Below, piece after piece: positions 1 to 6,554 of a stretch of 51,351 nucleotides of DNA. Position 1 is the first letter of the stretch; each line of letters opens with the position of its first letter. The translations under genes were made by a program, and so were the position numbers. The DNA is taken from positions 1 to 51,351 of the forward strand of contig JAESQG010000001.1 in assembly GCA_016765265.1 (NCBI GenBank). Reading direction: 5' to 3'. Source of the DNA: Pseudomonadales bacterium (lineage in GTDB: Bacteria > Pseudomonadota > Gammaproteobacteria > Pseudomonadales > DC-out160). The notes beneath the pieces were generated by a model. It made no database searches and had not been told where the DNA came from. It was given only the letters and a program-made list of their open reading frames with translations.

Positions 1-96
1 GGGACCAGGACCGGGTACGGGTACGGGGACGGGACCAGGACCGGGTACGGGTACGGGGACGGGGACGGGTACGGGGACGGGTACGGGTACGGGGAC
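1..96. repeat. Hexanucleotide-phased tandem repeat (GGGTAC/GGGGAC/GGGACC/AGGACC) with an exact 30-bp unit at 1-30 = 31-60
   Basis: gggaccaggaccgggtacgggtacggggac occurs twice back to back, followed by GGGGAC/GGGTAC units to nt 96. The same repeat family closes the window. Confidence 0.95.
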
Positions 97-129
97 ACCC
101 TCCCTCCGGGACTTGTAATCACAGTATAA
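1..129 (+). CDS. 3' part of a ~73-aa Gly/Tyr/Asp-rich repeat microprotein (5' part at 51259-51351; the ORF crosses the window ends)
   Basis: Frame 1 from nt 1 reads GTRTGYGYGDGTRTGYGYGDGDGYGDGYGYGDTLPPGLVITV, stop TAA 127-129. It is exactly in phase with the ORF that starts at 51259 (93 nt = 31 codons to the window end). Confidence 0.5.
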   Translation, partial: GTRTGYGYGDGTRTGYGYGDGDGYGDGYGYGDTLPPGLVITV

Positions 130-233
130 AAACCAGCCTCGACAACTTTAGCGAGATGATCGAGGCATTTACCCCGCCCAGGATGGACGGGAACGCCAGA
201 ACGGCGGAGCCGAAAGCATCGAAAGGATATCGA

Positions 234-410
234 ATGAAAGCAACTGTATACGCGCGTCTCTACTGGAAGCATTGGGCTATTGCCCTGTCCGCCGCCGCCC
301 TTGGGATCTTGTTCCTGTCCGCCCTTGGCGGATGCTCAGCGATCGAAGGCGCGGGGCGAGACCTCTCAGACATGGCGGGTGCCACCCGCGAAGCGATGAA
401 GCAAGAATAG
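234..410 (+). CDS. Small lipoprotein, entericidin (EcnA/B)-like
   Basis: MKATVYARLYWKHWAIALSAAALGILFLSALGGC gives a hydrophobic signal plus an LGGC lipobox-like site. The mature CSAIEGAGRDLSDMAGATREA resembles the entericidin core C-N-T-x-x-G-x-G-x-D-I. AAAGGA lies 7 nt before ATG 234 (the track ORF starts at 156). Confidence 0.55.
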   Translation: MKATVYARLYWKHWAIALSAAALGILFLSALGGCSAIEGAGRDLSDMAGATREAMKQE

Positions 411-480
411 AAACACGCCCCGCCAACGCTGAAATGTTTTGTCGGGGATTGCGGAATAACCCGCGAGGAAAGATAATCAA

Positions 481-1203
481 ATGAATGATAAAGATCGGAA
501 TACTGGGGACCGGAATACTGGGAGCCTGAATACTGGGGACTGGAATACTGGGGACCTGAATACTGGGGACCGGAATACTGGGAGCCTGAATACTGGGGAC
601 TGGAATACTGGGAGCCTGAATACTGGGAGCCTGAATACTGGGGACCGGAATACTGGGGACCGGAATACTGGGGACCGGAATACTGGGGACTGGAATACTG
701 GGGACCGGAATACTGGGGACCGGAATACTGGGGACTGGAATACTGGGAGCCTGAATACTGGGGACTGGAATACTGGGAGCCGGAATACTGGGAACTTTTG
801 CACAAACACACCTTCTCCAATAATGTTCGATAAGCCGTGCCTGAACCACACCCATAAAGATATTGCGGAAGATATATATAAATCAATGCCGTACATAAGT
901 CTGGTATCTTGGGTTCGTTTTTCAAGTATGACCGATGACCAAAAGCGCGAACAAGAAAACGCGGAACACCTTAACGGCTTCTTGCTCGCGTTCGACTCAA
1001 TCCAGGATGCCGGGCGGAACGCTTGGGAGCAACTCACCCAAAGTGAACGCGATCGGCACGAAAAACTCATTCGCGCCCTCCCTAACTTTGACGCAGCCAA
1101 GTTTCTGAAATGCACCGGGATTGATCTGGATTCAATCCCCACTGACCGCCCGAAGAACATTGTTGTAGACGGCGTGGAATACGCGCCAGTCACCAAAGAA
1201 TAG
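481..1203 (+). CDS. Repeat protein: ~100 aa of (R/W/L)NTG(D/S) pentapeptides plus a unique ~135-aa C-terminal region
   Basis: ATG 481 lies downstream of GAGGAAAG. The 15-bp array is read in frame and continues into non-repetitive sequence (FCTNTPSPIMFDKPCLNHTHKD...VEYAPVTKE) before a stop at 1201-1203. Confidence 0.55.
   Translation: MNDKDRNTGDRNTGSLNTGDWNTGDLNTGDRNTGSLNTGDWNTGSLNTGSLNTGDRNTGDRNTGDRNTGDWNTGDRNTGDRNTGDWNTGSLNTGDWNTGSRNTGNFCTNTPSPIMFDKPCLNHTHKDIAEDIYKSMPYISLVSWVRFSSMTDDQKREQENAEHLNGFLLAFDSIQDAGRNAWEQLTQSERDRHEKLIRALPNFDAAKFLKCTGIDLDSIPTDRPKNIVVDGVEYAPVTKE
496..795. repeat. 20 head-to-tail copies of a 15-bp unit (C/T)(G/T)GAATACTGGG(GAC/AGC/AAC)
   Basis: Counted directly. Unit types are CGGAATACTGGGGAC, CTGAATACTGGGAGC and TGGAATACTGGGGAC plus minor variants, with no spacers. 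Four of the six frames (one on plus, three on minus) are open across it in the ORF track. Confidence 0.97.
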
Positions 1204-1212
1204 AATCCTCAG

Positions 1213-1248
1213 CCCTGCCCTCGGAGAAATCCGGGACGCGGGGTTTTT
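1213..1248 (+). terminator. Weak candidate intrinsic terminator after the repeat-protein gene
   Basis: Imperfect GC hairpin (ccctgccctcgg / ccgggacgcgggg) followed by TTTTT at 1244-1248. Confidence 0.3.
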
Positions 1249-1285
1249 CAACACCAGCCGGGCAAATGCCCAAGAAGGGGGAACG

Positions 1286-1519
1286 ATGAAAACCGTGACC
1301 AAAGTACATATTGAGCCAGAAAACGCCCAGGATCAAGAGTTTGCCCAGCGTTGCAAGGTGATCGGATCACCAACCCTCTCCCGCCTAACCGGGATCAGCA
1401 CCGGCAAGCTCTCGGCGTGGTACATGGGCCTGAACTTCCTCACCCTCGAACAATACGAGCGACTTCTTCGGATGGTTATTGCAATGGAAAAAGTTGCCGA
1501 TCCATCGGATGATAGTTAG
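1286..1519 (+). CDS. Small HTH protein (Cro/XRE-like regulator candidate)
   Basis: GAAGGGGGA lies before the ATG. SPTLSRLTGISTGKLSAWYMG looks like a helix-turn-helix. Confidence 0.5.
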   Translation: MKTVTKVHIEPENAQDQEFAQRCKVIGSPTLSRLTGISTGKLSAWYMGLNFLTLEQYERLLRMVIAMEKVADPSDDS

Positions 1520-1579
1520 CCCTCGCAAACTTGGGGGCAACACTGCCACACCCCGCCGGCCCGTCCTAGATCGTAAAGT

Positions 1580-1650
1580 AGCCCGCGCGACCCAAAACAG
1601 AACAGGGCTCGCGGGAAGTGGGGGATCTGAAACCAACCAACCGCGAGCCC
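1580..1650 (+). other. GC-rich alternative-pairing segments in the 173-nt leader of the 1693 gene
   Basis: gggctcgcgg (1605-1614) is the perfect reverse complement of ccgcgagccc (1641-1650). cccgcg (1582-1587) can also pair with cgcggg (1610-1615). ATAAAATGTT follows. Confidence 0.4.
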
Positions 1651-1692
1651 ATAAAATGTTCCGTCACAGCCCAGCCTTGAAAGGAGGATCAA

Positions 1693-1941
1693 ATGAGTGT
1701 ACCAAATCCAGATCAAGAAATCAACAAAGCAATAGGGGTTATCGAATCCAAGTTCGTATCCGATGCCCTGAACCACGAATCCACGCCGCAGGAAACCCGA
1801 TGGTGCGAGATCGAACGCGCCGCACAAAGGGTGGTCGAGAAGTTCGCAGAATGCGAGTTGTCCGGCGCCAAGGTGCCCGTTGGCGCATGGTTCCTGCTTC
1901 TCACGCTCAAAGAGTTGCTTGAGAACCCGCCGAAAGATTGA
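1693..1941 (+). CDS. Hypothetical protein
   Basis: A strong SD, AAAGGAGG, lies 6 nt before the ATG. 82 aa with no recognisable motif. Confidence 0.6.
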   Translation: MSVPNPDQEINKAIGVIESKFVSDALNHESTPQETRWCEIERAAQRVVEKFAECELSGAKVPVGAWFLLLTLKELLENPPKD

Positions 1942-1944
1942 GTT

Positions 1945-1975
1945 CGTGTAAAAACTTTACAGCGTAAACCGCGAT
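1945..1975 (+). promoter_or_regulatory. Copy A of a three-copy intergenic motif (palindromic TGTAAA-AAC-TTTACA plus TAAACCGCGAT)
   Basis: cgtgtaaaaactttacagcgtaaaccgcgat starts 4 nt after the stop of the preceding gene. Its first 18 nt are identical to copy B, and it is about 80 percent identical to copy C. Confidence 0.5.
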
Positions 1976-2051
1976 AACACGCCAAAACTGGCTATAATCA
2001 CACAAAACAGACTCTTTGGACGGTACAAGGGGTGAACCGAAAGGAAACAGA

Positions 2052-2669
2052 ATGAACTTCCCATCAAGACTAATAGACACACAGCTTGTCGTGACCGCTT
2101 CGGAAGACGAGATCCGCGACGAACCAATGATTTTTTGGGGATCGTTTGACTGGGCATATAAAAACGGCGGGCCACTGACCCGCCAAGCCATAGTTCATAT
2201 GTGCAAGATTTGGCCCGACTGTGACGGTGTTATCGACACGCGATCACATATGCTCATGCCGGGAATGTACCCGTGTATACCCGGATGGCACCTTGACGGC
2301 AGACCGCGATATCCAGAAACCGGCCAGCCAATTTTCAGTGAGGACAAGGCTGGAAGCGCGATGCTGTGTGTTATTGGCCCTAGTGCGCTGACCGAGTTTG
2401 TCGTCGAAGACATTGAGATATCCAAATGGTCGGCGACCCACACCTATAAGTCATGTAGCGAACAAATAGCCGAAATGCGCCCGTCTACCCAAACCGTCAA
2501 ATCTGGGCACCTATATCAGTTTGATGGACACACATGGCATCGAGGAATGCCCTCGGAACATCGGTGTTGGCGTTGGTTTTTTCGCGCGTCTATCAACGAT
2601 GGTCGATCGCCGGTCAATGAACTTCGTACACAAGTCCAGGTCTATACCACGATTGATGGGGGGTGGTAA
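2052..2669 (+). CDS. Hypothetical protein with a possible HxD...H metal site (weak dioxygenase/cupin-like guess)
   Basis: AAAGGAAACAGA precedes ATG 2052. GWHLDG and HTWHRG motifs are present; there is no other support. Confidence 0.5.
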   Translation: MNFPSRLIDTQLVVTASEDEIRDEPMIFWGSFDWAYKNGGPLTRQAIVHMCKIWPDCDGVIDTRSHMLMPGMYPCIPGWHLDGRPRYPETGQPIFSEDKAGSAMLCVIGPSALTEFVVEDIEISKWSATHTYKSCSEQIAEMRPSTQTVKSGHLYQFDGHTWHRGMPSEHRCWRWFFRASINDGRSPVNELRTQVQVYTTIDGGW

Positions 2670-2671
2670 GA

Positions 2672-3376
2672 ATGAAACACACAACCAAATGCGTCCTGTA
2701 CGCCCGATATTCACCGAGGCCGACCGACAAACTCGCCAACCTTGCCACCGCAGACCAGCAACTTGATGCGTGCCGCAAGTACGCCAAAGAGAAGGGCTAT
2801 GAAATCCTTGGCGAGTTCCTTGATGAACAGGTATCCCGAGATGCCGAGATCAAGCCACAACTCGATATGGCCATCGGCTCCATTCGGCGCGGCCAGGTTC
2901 TTGTGATTGCCAAGCCAGACCGTATCGGAGGCGGGTTCCCGGCTGCAAGCCTGTACAACTACTGCGATACCCGGAAGATCAGGATTGAAGCGGTTGAGGG
3001 GGGGCTCAATGGAGACTCACCCGAGGCCAAAATGATCCGAGACATCACCGCGATCGTCACCCAATACGAGCAACGGATCATCAAGAAGCGGACCAGCACG
3101 AACATGCGATATCGCCAGAGCAAGGGCCAGAAAATGAGCAACCTTGCGCCCACCGGGTTCAAGGCACACCCCGCCGACCCGAGCAAGTGGGTGGTTGACC
3201 GCAAAGAATCCGCAATCGTCCAAGAAATCTGCGCAATGTACGATCAAGGGCTCAGGGCACCGACAATCACGAAAATGCTCAACGAACGGGGCTCAAGGCT
3301 CCGTGACAACCCGTGGAACCGATGCACCGTGCGAAGGATCTTGATACGAAACGAGAAGATGACCGCCGTGGCGTAA
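2672..3376 (+). CDS. Short serine recombinase (resolvase-type catalytic domain plus part of a 'recombinase' domain)
   Basis: CVLYARYSPRP (the YxRxS nucleophile motif) and KPDRIGG (DR) are present. APTGFKAHPADPSKWVVDRKESAIVQEICAMYDQG...WNRCTVRRILIRNE resembles the large-serine-recombinase recombinase domain. The ORF stops at ~235 aa. Confidence 0.7.
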   Translation: MKHTTKCVLYARYSPRPTDKLANLATADQQLDACRKYAKEKGYEILGEFLDEQVSRDAEIKPQLDMAIGSIRRGQVLVIAKPDRIGGGFPAASLYNYCDTRKIRIEAVEGGLNGDSPEAKMIRDITAIVTQYEQRIIKKRTSTNMRYRQSKGQKMSNLAPTGFKAHPADPSKWVVDRKESAIVQEICAMYDQGLRAPTITKMLNERGSRLRDNPWNRCTVRRILIRNEKMTAVA

Positions 3377-3464
3377 GAATATCGTATAATCAAGTATCAC
3401 AACCGCCGGGCCTCTGTCTTTTGACACGCTATCTCACGGCGGTTTTTCTATGCGCCCACCCATA

Positions 3465-3494
3465 TTGACAAACAACGCCCATTCGGTGTACTAT
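3465..3494 (+). promoter_or_regulatory. Sigma70-like promoter candidate for the structural operon
   Basis: TTGACA (3465-3470), an 18-nt spacer, then TACTAT (3489-3494), about 35 nt upstream of the 3527/3533 start. Confidence 0.4.
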
Positions 3495-3526
3495 GTTGGT
3501 AGACACAAACTTGAAACACTCGGAGA

Positions 3527-3943
3527 ATGCACATGGGCATACCAAATCATTACGCTTTTTCGTCGGCAGGCACCAACCTGTCCACTTTCTATAGGCTATC
3601 TAACCGTGGAATCCCCTCTGAAAAAGCGGGCGACCAGATCGGGCGACTGTTTGCCACCTCGTTCGCGGACGGCGCAGCGGGCACCGCAACTCTTGTGCTT
3701 GCCGACAAGCGTGGTACGATCCGATACCTGCAACTCGATGCAACCATCACCCCTACAGCCGATCGAAGCGATGCAGCAGGCACCGCAGGGGCATACCTCT
3801 GCACGGTCGATGTGAGCGCAACCGGCAAAGACAAGTTTGATCTCATGGGTGCCAACGCTGAACTCGACTGGTTTATCGGCGTGACCGACATGGGCGGGCT
3901 TACAAGCCTCGATCTGTACATCGACTACTCACCCGCGCTATGA
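3527..3943 (+). CDS. Hypothetical protein translationally coupled to the terminase (positional small-terminase candidate only)
   Basis: GGAGA precedes the ATGs at 3527 and 3533. The stop overlaps the terminase ATG (ATGA at 3940-3943). The sequence is Ala/Gly/Thr-rich with no TerS motif recognised. Confidence 0.55.
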   Translation: MHMGIPNHYAFSSAGTNLSTFYRLSNRGIPSEKAGDQIGRLFATSFADGAAGTATLVLADKRGTIRYLQLDATITPTADRSDAAGTAGAYLCTVDVSATGKDKFDLMGANAELDWFIGVTDMGGLTSLDLYIDYSPAL

Positions 3944-6543
3944 CCCAAGGCCGCAAGTCCAAGCCGTTTATCGCCTACCCGCCCGATGGGGGGGATGAAT
4001 ATCGTGGTGCAAGCCTTAAGGATTTCTGTGATTCCCAAGGGCTTGTCTACGCTTCGTGCTCGGCGTGCTGTGCTGGACGACAAAAAAACCACAAAGGATG
4101 GAGATTCCAATGGCTCGAAAACAGTGGCCCAAAGGCTCTCCACAAGCCCAGTGGATCAACGCCAACCGTGCAGGCCCCGCCCGAAACGACCGACGCGCTC
4201 GGGTTTCTCGACGAGCCCTTGCCCACCGATTCAGCCTCAAGCGATACAAACGGAGATGGCACTGTTAGCACCAAGGACAGGATCCGAAAGGCATTCAAGA
4301 AACTCTCCGAGATGTGTATGTACTACTTGGATAACCCGGACGAGACACCCGCAAGGTGGAACCCCGATGTGGTTCTCCGTGTACTCAAGGGCGAGGCTGA
4401 GGCCAACGGCATTGACTGGTCGAATATCGCCGATGAACGCACACCACTCGAAAAAGCCGCTGACAGCTACGATGCCATGCTTCTCGATCCTAGCGCAATC
4501 TACGAGAATGTCGATATAACACTCGATGCCATGATCTTTGGGTGCGAGGAATCAACCCGGCGAGGAATGGAACAGTTCGAGCGGTACAACAAGATGAAGG
4601 CCAAGGATCTTGTGCGTGCTGGAACGGTGCCCGAAGGTGAAGATCCTGAGGAACCGCCCGGCCCAAAAACAATAGCGGAGGCGGGGAAACAGTGGATTAG
4701 CCGCCTCCGCGCAATCAAGGACATACGAGACTCAATCACAGATCCCCCGACCCCCGGACTCAGCCGAAAAGAACGCATCGTCTACGAAGCAACCCGCCTC
4801 TTGCGGTTCATGCTCTATGTTTCCCGATCCGACATTGGAGATAAACAGTTTCGGCTACGGGGCGACATATACATTATCGGTGACCCGCATGTAGAGATGT
4901 CAATGTCACTTTGGCTTTCAAGGGAGGGGTACGCCAGAAGCGAGTACGGGCTCGTCGGACCTGGCGATCTCATCGGCCCCGACGGTGCCAAGTTCGAGTT
5001 CGAGGGTATCAAATACGAAGGCGTGATGCTTTTGTACCCGCCCCGTATAGGCAAATCAAATGTTATTGCAATGGATATGGCACTACTTATCAATGACTAT
5101 CCAAGATTCCAAATGGGGTATGTTCATCGTGCAGAAAAAGAAACCTCAAAAACAATCAGCAAAACGGCAGCGTTGTTTGACATAAAATCATCCGCAGGAA
5201 AAAGAAATCACAGTCTTTACCCGTACAGGCTTGACAAGAATGACAATAATACGACCACGATTCGCGTCTGGAATAAGGAAAAAACGGCAAATCCCAATGT
5301 TATTGGCGTGGGCGTGACATCTCGGGGACAGGGCAACAATCTCAATCAAATGTATGTTGACGATGTGACTCACAGGGAAGATCAAACGCAGGCCGCAACG
5401 CGAGAAAATATCAAAAAACTCATATCGTCTACATGGCTTACCCGATTCCAAGGAAGCGAAGGTTTCACTGTATTTTCAGGATACCCGTGGCACCATGAGG
5501 ATGTTCTCTGGTCTTATCTGAAAAAAGCAAGAATCGCCAAGAAAACACTAGGGAGAGAAGGCGTACCACTATGGGTATCAATGAGTCCTGTCGGCGGACC
5601 ATCAACAAATCCAAAGTTCAAGTCAATCTGGCCGGAGGTGTACGACGCGAAATGGAATAGAAGAAAATACAAACTTTTATCAGACGATTCAGCGTGGAAC
5701 GCCAACTACATGCTCGACCCGATCAGCGACGAGAACCGCATCGTCCGTCAGGTCCGGCTATACGATATCGAGCATGAATCCGCCCGCAAGTTCATTGAGA
5801 ACGGCGTTGAGCGGTATGTCTCATGCGATCCAACGGCCAAGGGCGACGGAACCGGCGACAAAGTAGGCTGGGTACAGGCCATGCTCGGGCAGGAACGCAT
5901 CGAACGGCAAGAGGACGGTCTACGGCGAATCAAATACGAGGACCAGATCCGAATCACGATCCAAGAAGAGTTCCCTGCTACCCAAATGGATCTCTCCAAC
6001 CGAATCGCCCAACTTGCCAGGGGAGAAGCGATTGACGAGGTATTCATGGAGGTTGTCACCGGCCTCGGATCGGCAACCATCGAGATGCTGGAAGAAATGC
6101 ACGGAATCCATAGCGTGACCGAGTGTGGTGTTGGGCACAAGAACAAAGAGCAGCGATTGAGAGCGGTCGCACAGATGCTCGAAAACTCCAACCCCATGCT
6201 CCCCGCCGTGGTCCTGTTTCCCGCACGCCGGGTCAACGACGAGAACGGGAACCCGACCGATCAACTCGAACCGCTCGACGAGATCAAACCACTCATCAAC
6301 TATGTCATCAACTTCAAGGTGGCAAGCGGATACCACTCACTCGACGCGCTCACCCAAATGCTCAACAAGTGCCGGTCGCGGTTGGCTATCGCGGGCGGGC
6401 AGGTTTCTAGAGAAGCACGAATGGCCGAGGAAAATAAAGGACGCATGAAAAAGCATATTGAGCGTACAATGCGTAAGAACAGCGACGAAACATTGGGCAA
6501 CCGGCGTTCAATGGCATCGTATTACAACACCGCCGGGGTATAA
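3940..6543 (+). CDS. terL: Terminase large subunit with a long N-terminal extension
   Basis: Walker A-like LLYPPRIGKS at aa 365-373, Walker B-like NQMYVDDVTH, and a nuclease-region VSCDPTAKGDGTGDKVGW. 867 aa. The first ~60 aa show a NUMOD1-like pattern (F-x-S...G-R-x-K-x-H-K-G-W-R-F). Confidence 0.85.
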   Translation: MTQGRKSKPFIAYPPDGGDEYRGASLKDFCDSQGLVYASCSACCAGRQKNHKGWRFQWLENSGPKALHKPSGSTPTVQAPPETTDALGFLDEPLPTDSASSDTNGDGTVSTKDRIRKAFKKLSEMCMYYLDNPDETPARWNPDVVLRVLKGEAEANGIDWSNIADERTPLEKAADSYDAMLLDPSAIYENVDITLDAMIFGCEESTRRGMEQFERYNKMKAKDLVRAGTVPEGEDPEEPPGPKTIAEAGKQWISRLRAIKDIRDSITDPPTPGLSRKERIVYEATRLLRFMLYVSRSDIGDKQFRLRGDIYIIGDPHVEMSMSLWLSREGYARSEYGLVGPGDLIGPDGAKFEFEGIKYEGVMLLYPPRIGKSNVIAMDMALLINDYPRFQMGYVHRAEKETSKTISKTAALFDIKSSAGKRNHSLYPYRLDKNDNNTTTIRVWNKEKTANPNVIGVGVTSRGQGNNLNQMYVDDVTHREDQTQAATRENIKKLISSTWLTRFQGSEGFTVFSGYPWHHEDVLWSYLKKARIAKKTLGREGVPLWVSMSPVGGPSTNPKFKSIWPEVYDAKWNRRKYKLLSDDSAWNANYMLDPISDENRIVRQVRLYDIEHESARKFIENGVERYVSCDPTAKGDGTGDKVGWVQAMLGQERIERQEDGLRRIKYEDQIRITIQEEFPATQMDLSNRIAQLARGEAIDEVFMEVVTGLGSATIEMLEEMHGIHSVTECGVGHKNKEQRLRAVAQMLENSNPMLPAVVLFPARRVNDENGNPTDQLEPLDEIKPLINYVINFKVASGYHSLDALTQMLNKCRSRLAIAGGQVSREARMAEENKGRMKKHIERTMRKNSDETLGNRRSMASYYNTAGV

Positions 6544-6554
6544 AAGGGGCGATT

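Noticed and set aside
496-795. Possible CRISPR array
   Set aside because: The units are contiguous 15-mers with no spacers, far shorter than CRISPR repeats, and no cas genes are present.
260-1196. Three long minus-strand ORFs (260-925, 277-855, 477-1196) across the 15-bp array
   Set aside because: They are open only because the repeat unit lacks stop codons in those frames. They have no SD or start context, and they overlap the entericidin-like gene or the unique 3' part of the plus-strand ORF antisense.
3402-3447. Terminator after the recombinase gene (ACCGCCG ... CGGCGGT + TTTTT)
   Set aside because: The 7-bp stem encloses a 28-nt loop, which is too open for a confident intrinsic terminator. 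It is noted here only.
3986-4519. 177-aa ORF in an alternative frame within the terminase N-terminal extension
   Set aside because: It is contained in the longer terminase frame, is Arg/Pro/Ser-rich as expected for an off-frame translation, and has no start context.
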